DNA of 64,000 nucleotides from Halarcobacter sp. Its GTDB lineage: Bacteria; Campylobacterota; Campylobacteria; Campylobacterales; Arcobacteraceae. The position numbers and the translations under genes were made by a program. Below the pieces are notes generated by a model, which saw only the letters and a program-made list of their open reading frames with translations, searched no databases and was not told the DNA's origin. Below are positions 51,932 through 64,000 of the stretch, piece after piece; the stretch's first letter is position 1; the number at the start of each line of letters is the position of its first letter. The stretch spans positions 448,001-512,000 of the forward strand of contig CP182352.1 of the NCBI GenBank assembly GCA_048571215.1, in the 5' to 3' direction.

Positions 51932-52354
51932 ATGTTAGACATAAGTCCTGTATTACTGCTTAGCTCAGGAATCATTTTTCTTTTAGTTGTAGCAAGACTT
52001 AACAGTTGTTTATTCGTGCCACTATTAAAGCATATGGATGATAGAGATGAATCTATTAAAAAAGATTTAGAAAATGCTCAATCAAACTCTGCTGATGTGG
52101 ACGGTATGTTAGAGGAAGCAAGTCATATTATTGCTGAAGCTAAAAAAGAAGCAGCTGCTATAAGGGAAAAAGCTTATACTGAAGCAAAAGAAGTTGCTGA
52201 TGCTAAACTTGCAAGTGCTAAAGAGGAACTAGAAGCTAAATCTGTGAAATTCTTTGAAGAGTTAGAAGCAGAAAAAGTAGCTTTAAAAGAATCATTAGTA
52301 GCTGCAATGCCTCAATTTAATGAGAGCTTAAAAGCTAAAATTAGCTCAATTTAA
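51932..52354 (+). CDS. F0F1 ATP synthase subunit b'
   Basis: N-terminal TM plus coiled coil (LFVPLLKHMDDR); first gene of the atp cluster. Confidence 0.9.
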   Translation: MLDISPVLLLSSGIIFLLVVARLNSCLFVPLLKHMDDRDESIKKDLENAQSNSADVDGMLEEASHIIAEAKKEAAAIREKAYTEAKEVADAKLASAKEELEAKSVKFFEELEAEKVALKESLVAAMPQFNESLKAKISSI

Positions 52355-52368
52355 CTAGGAGGTTAGGG

Positions 52369-52884
52369 TTGAATAAAAGATTACTATTACTTGGATTAGC
52401 TTTAGCTCCTATGGTGTTATTTGCTAATAGTGAAGGTGCGGAAACTGATATTGTTCAAAGAACCGTTAACTTTGTTATATTTGCTGGAATTTTATGGTAT
52501 TTACTTGCTGATAAAATTAAAGCATTTTTTGCAGACAGAACTGCTTCTATTCAAGGTGAGCTTGATAAGGTACAAGATACTTTAAAAGCTTCTCAAGATA
52601 AAGTTGATGAAGCTGCTAAAAAATTAGAAGAAGCGAAAGTTCTTGCAGCTGAAATTGTAGAAGGTGCTAAATCTGATATCGATTCAGTTAAAGCAAAAGT
52701 TACAGAAGCTGTTGAAAATGAAATCGCTAATTTAAATAAAGGCTTTGATGATAGAATCAAGGTTGATACATCAAAAGCTAAGAAACAAATTGTTTCTGAA
52801 ATTCTTGATGAGCTATTAAGTTCTGATAATGTTACTTTAACTCAAGATGAGTTAGCAAATATTGTTCTTAAGAAGGTTGCATAA
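52369..52884 (+). CDS. atpF: F0F1 ATP synthase subunit b
   Basis: TDIVQRTVNFVIF, coiled coil. Confidence 0.92.
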   Translation: MNKRLLLLGLALAPMVLFANSEGAETDIVQRTVNFVIFAGILWYLLADKIKAFFADRTASIQGELDKVQDTLKASQDKVDEAAKKLEEAKVLAAEIVEGAKSDIDSVKAKVTEAVENEIANLNKGFDDRIKVDTSKAKKQIVSEILDELLSSDNVTLTQDELANIVLKKVA

Positions 52885-53414
52885 TGAAAGATTTAATAGC
52901 AAAAAGATATGTAAAAGCATTATTAGATGGTAGAGATTTAGAGTCTGCAACTGCTATTTGTAATGAGTTAAAAACAATCTCTTCAGCATTTACGCAAGAG
53001 AAATTTGTTTCTATTATTGCTTCAACAGAAGTAAAAAGTAGTGAGAAAATTGAATTAATTATTTCATTTTTAGACAATGGAAGTGATGATGTTAAAAATT
53101 TAATTAAACTTTTAGGTACTAATAAAAGATTAGACATTATTACAGATATTGCAGTTGAATTAGAATCACAAATTGCAAAAATGAATAATTCATATACAGG
53201 TATTGTTTATACTAACAACGAATTATCTACTGATTATATCTCTTCAATAGAAGAGCAATTTAGTAAAAAATTTGATGTTACGTTATCACTATCGCAAGAT
53301 GTTTGTGATTACGATGGTATTAAGGTTGATATTGACAGTCTTGGAGTTGAGATTTCTTTCTCAAAAGAGAGACTTAAATCACAAATGATTGATCATATTT
53401 TAAAAGCAGTTTAG
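52884..53414 (+). CDS. atpH: ATP synthase delta subunit
   Basis: IAKRYVKAL; position in operon. Confidence 0.93.
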   Translation: MKDLIAKRYVKALLDGRDLESATAICNELKTISSAFTQEKFVSIIASTEVKSSEKIELIISFLDNGSDDVKNLIKLLGTNKRLDIITDIAVELESQIAKMNNSYTGIVYTNNELSTDYISSIEEQFSKKFDVTLSLSQDVCDYDGIKVDIDSLGVEISFSKERLKSQMIDHILKAV

Positions 53415-53435
53415 AACTTATAAAGGAGAAATTGA

Positions 53436-54953
53436 ATGGGTGCAAAAATTCAAGCAGATGAAATCAGTTCTATCATAAAAGAGAGAATTGACAACTTTGA
53501 ATTAAATGTAGATGTTAGTGAAACAGGTAAAATCATCTCTTTCGCAGATGGTATTGCTCAAGTTTACGGTCTTAAAAATGTTATGGCTGGTGAGCTTGTA
53601 GAGTTTGAAAATGGTGAAAGAGGGTTAGCATCTAACTTAGAAGAATCATCAGTTGGTGTTGTTGTTTTAGGTTCAGGTGATGGACTTAGAGAAGGGTCTT
53701 CTTGTAAAAGATTAGGAAGATTATTAGAAACTCCAGTTGGTGAAGCAATGGTTGGAAGAGTTGTAAATGCTCTTGGTGAAGCTATTGATGGAAAAGGTGC
53801 TATTGATTCAAGTGAATCTAGATTAGTTGAAGAGAAAGCTCCTGGAATCATGGCTAGAAAATCAGTACATGAACCATTACAAACAGGTATTAAAGCAATT
53901 GATGCATTAGTTCCAATCGGACGAGGGCAAAGAGAGCTTATTATTGGAGATAGACAAACTGGTAAAACAACTGTTGCTATTGATACAATTCTTAACCAAA
54001 AAGGTGAAGATGTAGTTTGTATTTATGTTGCAATTGGTCAAAAAGCATCATCTGTTGCTTCTGTTGTTAGAACATTAGAAGAGGGTGGAGCAATGGATTA
54101 TACTATCGTTGTTAACGCTGGTGCTTCTGACTCTTCAGCATTACAATTCTTAGCTCCTTATACAGGTGTTACTATTGGTGAATATTTTAGAGATAATGGT
54201 AAACACGCATTAATTATTTATGATGATTTATCTAAACATGCAGTTGCATATAGAGAAATGTCTTTATTATTAAGAAGACCTCCAGGTCGAGAAGCATTCC
54301 CAGGGGATGTATTTTATCTACACTCAAGACTTTTAGAAAGAGCTGCTAAAATGTCTGATGAAAGAGGTGCTGGTTCTATGACTGCATTACCAATTATTGA
54401 AACTCAAGCTGGTGATGTTGCTGCATATATTCCAACAAACGTTATTTCTATTACAGATGGTCAAATCTTCCTTGAAACTAACCTATTTAACTCAGGTATT
54501 AGACCTGCAATTAATGTTGGTTTATCAGTATCAAGAGTTGGTGGGGCTGCACAAATCAAAGCTACAAAACAAGTTGCTGGTACACTTAAACTTTCTTTAG
54601 CACAATATAGAGAGCTTGAAGCGTTCGCACAATTTGCATCTGACCTTGATGAATCAACTAGAAAAGAGCTTGAATTAGGTCAAAGAATGGTTGAAGTATT
54701 AAAACAAGGTGTTAATAAACCACTAGTTATTGAAAAACAAATTGTTGTTATTTATGCTGGTACAAAAGGTTACTTAAATGATGTAGCTGTTGGTGATGTA
54801 GTTAAATTTGAAAATGAATTACATGCATTCATTGAACAAAAATATGCAAATATTCTAGAAGATATTAAATCTAAGAAAAAACTAGATGAAGATACTGAAA
54901 CAGCATTAAAAGCTGCATTAGAAGAGTTTAAAACTGTTTTTAGTGCTAAATAA
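53436..54953 (+). CDS. atpA: ATP synthase alpha subunit
   Basis: [29 protein letters not shown]. Confidence 0.98.
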   Translation: MGAKIQADEISSIIKERIDNFELNVDVSETGKIISFADGIAQVYGLKNVMAGELVEFENGERGLASNLEESSVGVVVLGSGDGLREGSSCKRLGRLLETPVGEAMVGRVVNALGEAIDGKGAIDSSESRLVEEKAPGIMARKSVHEPLQTGIKAIDALVPIGRGQRELIIGDRQTGKTTVAIDTILNQKGEDVVCIYVAIGQKASSVASVVRTLEEGGAMDYTIVVNAGASDSSALQFLAPYTGVTIGEYFRDNGKHALIIYDDLSKHAVAYREMSLLLRRPPGREAFPGDVFYLHSRLLERAAKMSDERGAGSMTALPIIETQAGDVAAYIPTNVISITDGQIFLETNLFNSGIRPAINVGLSVSRVGGAAQIKATKQVAGTLKLSLAQYRELEAFAQFASDLDESTRKELELGQRMVEVLKQGVNKPLVIEKQIVVIYAGTKGYLNDVAVGDVVKFENELHAFIEQKYANILEDIKSKKKLDEDTETALKAALEEFKTVFSAK

Positions 54954-54963
54954 GGATTAGCAA

Positions 54964-55851
54964 ATGGCTAACTTAAAAGAGATTAAAATAAAAATTGGAA
55001 GTGTTAAGAACACTCAGAAGACTACAAAAGCAATGAAGCTTGTATCTTCTGCAAAACTTACTAGAACCAGACAATTATCTGATCAAGCTAGAAGTTATGC
55101 TAAGAAGATAAATGAAGTTTTATCTGAGATCGCAAATAGAGTTAGCAAGGTTCAAGATGGGGGAAACCACAACAAAGCGTTTATCCCTGTTGAAAACCCA
55201 AAAACAGTTGATATTGTTTTTGTAACTGCTGACAAAGGACTTTGCGGTGGTTTTAATATGGCAACAATTAAAGCAGTTAATAAGATTGCAGCTGATTATA
55301 ATGCAAAAGGTGTAAATGTAAGATATAGAGTAGCTGGAAGAAAAGGTGTAGATTTCTTTACTTTCCAAAAAATTGAAATGATTCAAAAAGCTACTGATTT
55401 ATCTTCTGCTCCTGATTATGAAAGAGCTGTTGATTTTATTAAAGATGTTGTTACAGATTTCCAAAATGGTGAAACTGATAAAGTTATACTAGTTTATAAT
55501 GGATTTCTTAACATGCTTACTCAAGAAGTTAGAGTAAGAGAATTGTTACCAATTAGCTTAGATGATGTTGAAGTTGAAGAAAATGAAACATCTATGCTAG
55601 AGATTGAACCAGATGATGATGAAGAAGTGTTAGAAGAATTAACAGGTAAATATATTGATTTCAATATCTATTACTCTTTAATTGACTCTTTAGCTGCTGA
55701 ACATAGTGCTAGAATGCAAGCAATGGAAGCTGCAACTAAAAATGCAAAAGAGAGAGTTGATTCTTTAACTGTAGAATACAATAAAGCTAGACAAGCTGCA
55801 ATTACAACAGAGCTGATAGAGATTATCAGTGGTGTTGAATCATTAAAATAA
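54964..55851 (+). CDS. atpG: ATP synthase gamma subunit
   Basis: DKGLCGGFN, YNKARQAAITTELIEI. Confidence 0.98.
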   Translation: MANLKEIKIKIGSVKNTQKTTKAMKLVSSAKLTRTRQLSDQARSYAKKINEVLSEIANRVSKVQDGGNHNKAFIPVENPKTVDIVFVTADKGLCGGFNMATIKAVNKIAADYNAKGVNVRYRVAGRKGVDFFTFQKIEMIQKATDLSSAPDYERAVDFIKDVVTDFQNGETDKVILVYNGFLNMLTQEVRVRELLPISLDDVEVEENETSMLEIEPDDDEEVLEELTGKYIDFNIYYSLIDSLAAEHSARMQAMEAATKNAKERVDSLTVEYNKARQAAITTELIEIISGVESLK

Positions 55852-57264
<1,413 letters not shown>

Positions 57265-57278
57265 TAAAAGGCGGCTTT

Positions 57279-57656
57279 ATGGATACATTAAAATTATCGA
57301 TAGTTGCACCAAATGGTCAAATTTTTAATGATGACGTAAAGACTGTAACTCTTCCTGGTAAAGAGGGAGAGTTTGGTGTCCTTCCTGGACATGCATCATT
57401 AGTTTCATCATTAACAGTTGGCGTAATTATTATAGAAAAAGCAGATTCAACTGAGGCAATAGCTATCAACTGGGGACATGTAAAAGTTTCTGAAACCTCT
57501 GTTGATGTTTTAGTAGATGGAGCAGTTGCTCTAACTTCAGGAGCTGATTCTGAAATAGCTAAAAATATTGAAGCTGCAAAAGATTTAGTAAACTCTGTTA
57601 AAGATGCAAATGTATCATTAGCAGCTGTAGAAGCAAAAATCAATTCGTTTGCTTAA
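57279..57656 (+). CDS. atpC: ATP synthase epsilon subunit
   Basis: PGKEGEFGVLPGH. Confidence 0.96.
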   Translation: MDTLKLSIVAPNGQIFNDDVKTVTLPGKEGEFGVLPGHASLVSSLTVGVIIIEKADSTEAIAINWGHVKVSETSVDVLVDGAVALTSGADSEIAKNIEAAKDLVNSVKDANVSLAAVEAKINSFA

Positions 57657-57665
57657 TAGAGTAAT

Positions 57666-58226
57666 ATGATTGATTCTACTTTAAACTATTTAAGTAATGG
57701 TAGTGCAATAACACTTTTAGTGTTATTGACACTCTCATTTTATCTTATATTTATTTTTTGGGTATTTATATATAGATACCTCTCTTTAAAGTCTTCTATT
57801 TTTAATGAACAAAAATCACTTGATTCTTTAACTTCAAGAAGTATGACCTTAAGTCCAACTTCTGCATTAAATAAGTGTTCAAATGGAGTTACTCAAAAAG
57901 AGATTTTACGTGCATGTGAAATAAATATCATCAAAGATGCAAGTGTTGGAGTATCGTGGTTATCAATAGTTGCTTCAACTTCACCTTTTATTGGATTATT
58001 TGGTACCGTTGTTGGTATTCTTGAATCATTTGCAAAATTTTCTGGACAATCAAAAGTTGGCTTTTCAATAATAGCTCCAGCTATTTCAGAAGCTTTAGTT
58101 GCAACAGCAGCTGGAATTTTTGTGGCAATATTTGCATATACTTTTCATCAAATATTAGTAAGAAAGGTTTATGAACTAAACACTTACTTAAAGGCTCAAT
58201 CTCAAATCTTAATTGCTAAGGGGTAG
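57666..58226 (+). CDS. tolQ: MotA/TolQ/ExbB proton channel protein
   Basis: SPFIGLFGTV, APAISEALVATAAG; operon with tolB. Confidence 0.88.
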   Translation: MIDSTLNYLSNGSAITLLVLLTLSFYLIFIFWVFIYRYLSLKSSIFNEQKSLDSLTSRSMTLSPTSALNKCSNGVTQKEILRACEINIIKDASVGVSWLSIVASTSPFIGLFGTVVGILESFAKFSGQSKVGFSIIAPAISEALVATAAGIFVAIFAYTFHQILVRKVYELNTYLKAQSQILIAKG

Positions 58227-58230
58227 TCGT

Positions 58231-58620
58231 ATGTATGATTACAACCAAAAACCTGATTTAAATATCACTCCTTTAGTTGATATAATGTTGGTTTTATTGG
58301 CAATTTTAATGGTTACAGCACCTGTAATAGAGTTTGAAGAACCAATTAATTTACCCCAAGGGAGTAAATCAAAACCAGTACAAAATCTAAAAAAGATTGA
58401 TATTGTAATTACAAAAGATAAGGTTGTTTTGATAAATAAAAAAAAGTATTCCTTTGAAAATTTTGCAGATAATTTTGTTTTATTTGCTAAAGAAAAAGAT
58501 AGAAAGACACCAATACACATAAGAGCAGAAAAAACACTTATTTATGATGACATAATTTATGTTTTAAAATCAGTAAAAGAAGCAGGTTTTTTTAAAGTCT
58601 CACTTATAACTGATGGATAA
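58231..58620 (+). CDS. tolR: ExbD/TolR family protein
   Basis: NITPLVDIMLVLL; ATG at 58231. Confidence 0.88.
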   Translation: MYDYNQKPDLNITPLVDIMLVLLAILMVTAPVIEFEEPINLPQGSKSKPVQNLKKIDIVITKDKVVLINKKKYSFENFADNFVLFAKEKDRKTPIHIRAEKTLIYDDIIYVLKSVKEAGFFKVSLITDG

Positions 58621-58623
58621 TAG

Positions 58624-59349
58624 ATGCAACAAAAGAACTATTTTTATATTTCTGGTGTAATCTCTATTGTTTTTTATTTATCTGTTTGTACCCTATTACT
58701 TCTATATATAAATGCACCAAAACCTAAAAAATATGATGCCTTTTCTAAAACTACTGTTTTAGAGTTGGAATTGGTTTCTACAAAAGATAGTAAGAACCGT
58801 GTTGAAAAAAAAGTTGAAAAAAAGATTGAAAAGGTTGTAAAAAAATCAACTTCAAAATCTAGTGAAAAAAAAGCTGATTTTAAATCACTTTTTGCAAATG
58901 TTAAAACAACAAGTAAGAAAACTACTAAAGAAGAGGTAAATAATGTTGTTGCAAGTGCAGATCCAAGTAGGTTTAAATCTAAATTTGAAAAACAAAAGAA
59001 GAGTAATAATATATCTGTTTCAAAGCTTCTAAGTGATATAAAGATAACTACAAAAATGAGTATAAGTACAAGTAGTGAACATAAAAATGATCCATACTAT
59101 TCAAAGATTTATGAAATATTAGCTTCAAGATGGACTCCAATAGTTTTAGGAACTGATTTAGAGGCTAAAGTTTTAGTTATAATCACAAATAGTGGAAAGT
59201 TCGATTATAGATTTATCAAATATTCAAATAATGATAGATTTGATGAATCTTTAAAAGTTTTTTTAGATAGTCAAAAAAGTATCCCTTTCCCTCCACATAA
59301 TAAGGGTGCAAAGACAGATATAGAAGTTTTATTTAAATCAAAGGAGTAA
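58624..59349 (+). CDS. TolA/TonB C-terminal domain protein
   Basis: TM anchor, Lys-rich linker, TonB_C-like end; lies between tolR and tolB. Confidence 0.8.
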   Translation: MQQKNYFYISGVISIVFYLSVCTLLLLYINAPKPKKYDAFSKTTVLELELVSTKDSKNRVEKKVEKKIEKVVKKSTSKSSEKKADFKSLFANVKTTSKKTTKEEVNNVVASADPSRFKSKFEKQKKSNNISVSKLLSDIKITTKMSISTSSEHKNDPYYSKIYEILASRWTPIVLGTDLEAKVLVIITNSGKFDYRFIKYSNNDRFDESLKVFLDSQKSIPFPPHNKGAKTDIEVLFKSKE

Positions 59350-59353
59350 ATAT

Positions 59354-60622
59354 ATGAAAAAAATCTTAGTATTAACATTAGTTCTATTTAATTTTTTATT
59401 TGCAGTTGATGCCCAACTAGAAATAGTAAAAGAGGGGAAAAAACTACCAAAAATTATAGTTTCAGTTTCATCAAATGCAACAAATGATTATATAGCAAAA
59501 AAAATTAAAGTTATGATTGAAAAAGATTTAAATGTTAGTGGTCATTTTGAGGTTGTAAATAGCAATGTTAGTATAGATTTTAATAAAGTACCTGATATGT
59601 TAGCTTTATTTAATCAAGGGGTAGATTTATTTTTAAATATAAATACAAATATTAGTAGTTTTGCTGGTTTTACAACACTTACAAAGTTATATGATATAAA
59701 CTCAAAAGCCTTAGTACAGAATAAAACTTTCACCACTTCAAAAAAAGATAGATATCCATTTTTATCCCATAGAGCTGCAATATCAGTAAATAAATATCTA
59801 AATGCTCCTTCAATTGAATGGATGGATAAGTTTGTAATATTTTCACAATATAAAGAAGCAAAAAAAGCTGATATTGTAATTGCAGACTATACTTTAACTT
59901 ATCAACTTCCAATTATAGTTGGAGGTTTAAATATTTTTCCAAAATGGGCAGATAAAAAGCAACAAAGTTTTTATTATACAAGCTATGATAAAGGGATACC
60001 TTCATTAATTAAAACAAATATTTATACAAGAAAACGAGAAACTATTATGAGAAGTGAAGGGATGGTAGTTTGTTCAGATGTAAGTAGTGATGGGAAAAAA
60101 CTTTTAATAACAGCATCTCCTAATTATCAACCAGATATATATCTATATGATACTATTAGAAAATCAAAAGTGAGACTTACAAACTATAAAGGGATTGATG
60201 TTGGAGCACATTTTATTGAAGATGATTCAAAAATAGTATTTGTATCAGATAGATTAAAACACCCAAATATTTTCTCTAAAGAGATAGGTAGAAGAGGAGT
60301 TCAACGTTTAGTTTATCATGGTAGAAATAATTCATCTGTAACTACATTTAAAGATTATGTAGTATATACAAGTAGAGATAGAGAAAATGAGTTTGGAAAT
60401 CAAACTTTTAATTTATATCTAATGTCTACAAAAAGTGATTATTTAAAAAGATTAACTTCAAGTGGAAGTAATCAATTTCCTAAATTTTCATCTGATGGGG
60501 AATCAATTATTTTTCTTAAAACTATAAATAATAGAAGTTCAATAGGAATAATTAGACTAAATCATTCTAAATCTTACCTTTTCCCATTAGCTAATGGAAG
60601 AATCCAATCTATTGATTGGTAA
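59354..60622 (+). CDS. tolB: Tol-Pal system protein TolB
   Basis: DLNVSGHF, beta-propeller repeats (SSDGKK, PKFSSDG), C-terminal SIDW. Confidence 0.93.
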   Translation: MKKILVLTLVLFNFLFAVDAQLEIVKEGKKLPKIIVSVSSNATNDYIAKKIKVMIEKDLNVSGHFEVVNSNVSIDFNKVPDMLALFNQGVDLFLNINTNISSFAGFTTLTKLYDINSKALVQNKTFTTSKKDRYPFLSHRAAISVNKYLNAPSIEWMDKFVIFSQYKEAKKADIVIADYTLTYQLPIIVGGLNIFPKWADKKQQSFYYTSYDKGIPSLIKTNIYTRKRETIMRSEGMVVCSDVSSDGKKLLITASPNYQPDIYLYDTIRKSKVRLTNYKGIDVGAHFIEDDSKIVFVSDRLKHPNIFSKEIGRRGVQRLVYHGRNNSSVTTFKDYVVYTSRDRENEFGNQTFNLYLMSTKSDYLKRLTSSGSNQFPKFSSDGESIIFLKTINNRSSIGIIRLNHSKSYLFPLANGRIQSIDW

Positions 60623-60645
60623 AACAAAGCATTTTGCTTTGTTTT
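60621..60645 (+). terminator. Terminator after tolB
   Basis: AAAACAAAGC-ATTTT-GCTTTGTTTT. Confidence 0.7.
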
Positions 60646-60727
60646 TAACATAAATACTTTATAAACTAACAAAAAAAACATATTAAAAATTTTCCTTATT
60701 TTATATAATAAAAATAAAGGATAAAAT

Positions 60728-61678
60728 ATGAAAATAGGTGTATCAGCTTGTCTTTTAGGAAATATGTGTAGATATGATGGAGCACATAGTAAAGATGATT
60801 TTATTGCAAATATATTAAAAAATTATTTTGAATTTGTACCATATTGTCCTGAAAAAATGGTTTTTACCACTCCAAGAGAAGCAATTAGATTAGTTGAAAA
60901 AGACTCAAAGATTGAAGTTGTTACATCAAATACTAATAAAGTTGTTACAAAAGAACTTGAAGATATCTCAAAAGAATTAGTAGAAGAGATTCAAAAAGAG
61001 CAACTTTGTGGATTTATCTTAAAATCCAAATCTCCAACTTGTGGAATGGAAAGGGTAAAAGTATATCAAGATAAAAATGCACCAAGTGAAAAAAAAGGTG
61101 TAGGTATATTTGCCAAAGAGCTTCAAAATAATTTTCCTTTACTACCTATTGAAGAGGAGGGTAGATTAAATGATGCATGGCTTAGGGAAAATTTTTTGAT
61201 GCAAATATTTGCTTATAAAGCCTTGTTTGAGTTCTTGTTATCAAATCCAAATTTTAAAGATTTAGTGCAGTTTCATACAAGTTATAAATATCTTATATAT
61301 AGTAAATCAAATCAATCTTATAAGATATTAGGAAATATAGTTGCAAATCATGAAAAAAAATCTATAGATGAAGTCTTGAGTCAATATAAATATAGTTTTT
61401 TAGAGGCAATATCTAAAAAGGGAAATATCAAAAAAACATACAATGTTTTATTACATATATTTGGATATTTTAAAAAACTTATTACTAAAGAGGAAAAACA
61501 AGAGATTTTAGATGCTATTGATGAGTTTAAACAAGAGATTATCCCTCTAATTGCAGTTATAAAAATATTAAATATTTATACAAAAAGATTTAATATAGAG
61601 TATCTAAAAACCCAAATTTTTTTAAATCCATATCCAAAAGAGTTAGCTTTGAGGTCAAATGTAAAGGCTTATAAATGA
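60728..61678 (+). CDS. DUF523 (TudS-like) + DUF1722 fusion (YbgA family)
   Basis: GVSACLLG, CPE, KSPTCG, EEEGRL, FHTSYKY, HIFGYFK, YP. Confidence 0.9.
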   Translation: MKIGVSACLLGNMCRYDGAHSKDDFIANILKNYFEFVPYCPEKMVFTTPREAIRLVEKDSKIEVVTSNTNKVVTKELEDISKELVEEIQKEQLCGFILKSKSPTCGMERVKVYQDKNAPSEKKGVGIFAKELQNNFPLLPIEEEGRLNDAWLRENFLMQIFAYKALFEFLLSNPNFKDLVQFHTSYKYLIYSKSNQSYKILGNIVANHEKKSIDEVLSQYKYSFLEAISKKGNIKKTYNVLLHIFGYFKKLITKEEKQEILDAIDEFKQEIIPLIAVIKILNIYTKRFNIEYLKTQIFLNPYPKELALRSNVKAYK

Positions 61679-63021
61679 AACAAATACTTTGGTTTAGAAG
61701 AGATTTAAGAATTAGCGATAATGCAATATTAGCAAATGCAAAAGATGAAGTTTTGCCAATATTTATTTTCGATAAAAATATTTTAAATTTTTTACCAAAT
61801 AATGATAAGAGAGTAAGTTTTATCTATCAAAAGGTTTTAGACTTGAAAAATGAGCTTAAATCTATTGGTTTAGATTTAGCTATATTTTATGATTATCCAA
61901 AAAATGTATTTAAGAAATTGAAAGATTTAGATTTTGATGAAGTTTTATATTCTATTGATTTTGATGATTATTCAAGAAAAAGAGATGAAGAGATTGAAAA
62001 AATCTTACCCCTTAGAAGATTTAATGATTCTTTTATTTTAAATCCAAATGAACATCTAAAGAGTGATAAAACACCATATAAAGTTTTTACACCCTTTTAT
62101 AACTCTTTGTCTTTAATAACTCAATCACAAAATATTCAAGAGTATAAGCTAAATGATAGTCTAAAAAAAGTAAGTTTTGATTATGAAAATAGTTTAAGTC
62201 TAGAAAAAATTGGTTTTCTTAAACAAGAATTGCCTAATTTTTTATATAAAACACCAAAAGAGCTTTTATCTGAGTTCATTCAAAAAATAGATAACTACCA
62301 AAAAGATAGAGATTTTTTTTATAAAGATGCTAGTTCAAAAATATCAGTACATTTAAGATTTGGAATTATATCCGCAAAACAGGTTTTTAATTTTATAAAA
62401 AGTTTTAAAGATATAGATGGAGAGTTTTTTATAAGAGAAATATTTTGGAGAGAGTTTTACAACTACATACTTTTTCATTTTCCAAATTCACAATTTGAGA
62501 ATTTCAACGGTTTAGAGATACAATGGAATGATAATAATGCAGATTTTAAAAATTGGTGTGAGGGGAAAACAGGTGTACCTATAATTGATGCAGCAATGGT
62601 ACATCTAAATAAAACGGGGCTTATGCATAATAGATTGAGAATGATTGTTGCTTCATTTTTAACAAAAAACCTTTTTATAGACTGGAAAAAAGGGGAAAAG
62701 TATTTTGCTTTGAAGTTATTAGATTATGAAGCTAGTTCAAATATAGGTTCATGGCAATGGGGTGCAAGTACAGGAGCTGATGCAGCACCTTATTTTAGAA
62801 TATTTAATCCATATGTCCAGTCTCAAAAGTTTGATAAAGAGGCAATTTTTATAAAAAGTGTTTTCCCTGAGTTAAATTATATTGATCCAAGATTATTTCA
62901 TATTGAAAACGGTTTACAATCGAATTTATTTTTACAATATCCTGAATCTATTGTAGATATAAGTTTAAGTAGAAAAAAGGCGATTGATGCTTTTAAAGAG
63001 GCAAAAAATGAAAGTGCATGA
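61675..63021 (+). CDS. phrB: Deoxyribodipyrimidine photolyase
   Basis: WFRRDLRISDN, YKVFTPF, WREFY, MHNRLRM, WQW, PYFRIFNP. Confidence 0.93.
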   Translation: MKQILWFRRDLRISDNAILANAKDEVLPIFIFDKNILNFLPNNDKRVSFIYQKVLDLKNELKSIGLDLAIFYDYPKNVFKKLKDLDFDEVLYSIDFDDYSRKRDEEIEKILPLRRFNDSFILNPNEHLKSDKTPYKVFTPFYNSLSLITQSQNIQEYKLNDSLKKVSFDYENSLSLEKIGFLKQELPNFLYKTPKELLSEFIQKIDNYQKDRDFFYKDASSKISVHLRFGIISAKQVFNFIKSFKDIDGEFFIREIFWREFYNYILFHFPNSQFENFNGLEIQWNDNNADFKNWCEGKTGVPIIDAAMVHLNKTGLMHNRLRMIVASFLTKNLFIDWKKGEKYFALKLLDYEASSNIGSWQWGASTGADAAPYFRIFNPYVQSQKFDKEAIFIKSVFPELNYIDPRLFHIENGLQSNLFLQYPESIVDISLSRKKAIDAFKEAKNESA

Positions 63022-64000
63022 TTTAGCTATTGTAGGCACAGGAATAGGCGGTAGTTTAATATCTGCACTAAATAAACATAAAGATTTAATTATTTTTGAA
63101 AAAGATAGAAACCTAGGAGGTTGTGCAAGTACTTTTAAAAAATCAGGGTATTATTTTAATACAGGGGCTACTACCTTTGTTGGATATGAGGATAATCATC
63201 CTGTAAAAAGAGTATTTGATAAAGTTGGTTTTATCCCTGATATACAAAAAAGTGATGTTGCTATAAGGGTAATCCAAGGGGATAAACAAATTGATAGAGT
63301 AAAAGATTTTGATTCTTTTTTAGAACAAATAAATATGGTATATCCACATAAAAATAATTATATCTTTTGGAAAACAATAAAAGATATAGATGAACAGTTT
63401 TGGCTTTTAAAAAAAGTTTATTATGCTAAGTATTCTTTGAGTTCAATTATAAAAACAACATCATCTTTATTTGAGCTAATAAGAGTTTACAAGCTAGATC
63501 TTTTAAAAAGTGCAGATAGTTTTATAAAAAGCATTCTTCCAAATATTACCTTAGAGTATAAAAGATTTATAGATTCACAACTTCTTATAACTCTTCAAAC
63601 AAATTCTGAAAATATTCCCTTGATATCTTTGGCATTAGGTTTATCCTATCCTTTTCATGATGTTTTTTATGCAAATGGTGGTATGGGCAAGATTTTTGAT
63701 GATTTACTTTTTGATTTTAATATTAATAAAAAAGAGATAATAAGAAAGATACATAGAGATAAAGATATTTATAGACTTGTAACAAATAAAGATGAGTATT
63801 TATTTAAAAATGTAGTATTAAACTCTACTATTTATGATTCAAAAAATCTATTTGATGATAAAAAAATTATCGATTATTATTCAAAATTTTCTTTTTATGA
63901 TCAAAGTGCTTTTGTGATTTATTTGAAATTAGACTCTAAAGAGAGTTTCTTGAACCATTATCAAATCATTTTAGATAAGGCAATTCCAAACTGTATTTCT
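63008..64000 (+). CDS. FAD-dependent oxidoreductase, phytoene desaturase-like (runs off window end)
   Basis: Manual translation MKVHDLAIVGTGIGG...FEKDRNLGGCASTFKKSGYYFNTGATT...GGMG. Confidence 0.85.
   Translation, partial: MKVHDLAIVGTGIGGSLISALNKHKDLIIFEKDRNLGGCASTFKKSGYYFNTGATTFVGYEDNHPVKRVFDKVGFIPDIQKSDVAIRVIQGDKQIDRVKDFDSFLEQINMVYPHKNNYIFWKTIKDIDEQFWLLKKVYYAKYSLSSIIKTTSSLFELIRVYKLDLLKSADSFIKSILPNITLEYKRFIDSQLLITLQTNSENIPLISLALGLSYPFHDVFYANGGMGKIFDDLLFDFNINKKEIIRKIHRDKDIYRLVTNKDEYLFKNVVLNSTIYDSKNLFDDKKIIDYYSKFSFYDQSAFVIYLKLDSKESFLNHYQIILDKAIPNCIS

Overview
AT-rich chromosomal window. Gene content and order suggest Campylobacterota, most likely Arcobacteraceae (inferred, not proven). (1) 1-12.4 kb is an accessory metal-chelate uptake cluster: three TonB-dependent receptors, three Fe/B12-type binding proteins, one FecCD/E ABC transporter, a luciferase-like monooxygenase, a SAM methyltransferase, a secreted molybdopterin-oxidoreductase-like mini-protein and a group II truncated globin. 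All three regulatory gaps carry a ModE-type box (CGNTATATA-N6-TATATANCG), and two of these overlap near-consensus sigma70 promoters. This points to a Mo/W-repressed scavenging system rather than an iron one, and it is the best candidate for an undescribed system. (2) 12.5-24.7 kb is mostly housekeeping: rnhB, an SBP+kinase pair, clpB with both HAIR and CIRCE operators, and rpmH-rnpA (apparent ATT start)-yidD-yidC-jag-mnmE. (3) 24.7-32.4 kb is a variable region after mnmE. It holds a pseudogene copy of a downstream gene, an IS4-like end, and a 4-kb proVWX cassette bounded by 34-bp inverted repeats that has a Walker B D->N change and a 51-bp in-frame duplication. Two Ca-binding-repeat paralogs follow. 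(4) 32.5-64 kb is mostly core genome: sixA x2, htpX, DUF134/NifX, a CDF transporter, aroC/rnc/rnhA, dnaG, rplU-rpmA-obgE-proB-fmt, birA-parAB-atp-tolQRAB, then a DUF523/DUF1722-photolyase-FAD oxidoreductase operon. I found no rRNA, tRNA, CRISPR array or intact transposase/integrase.
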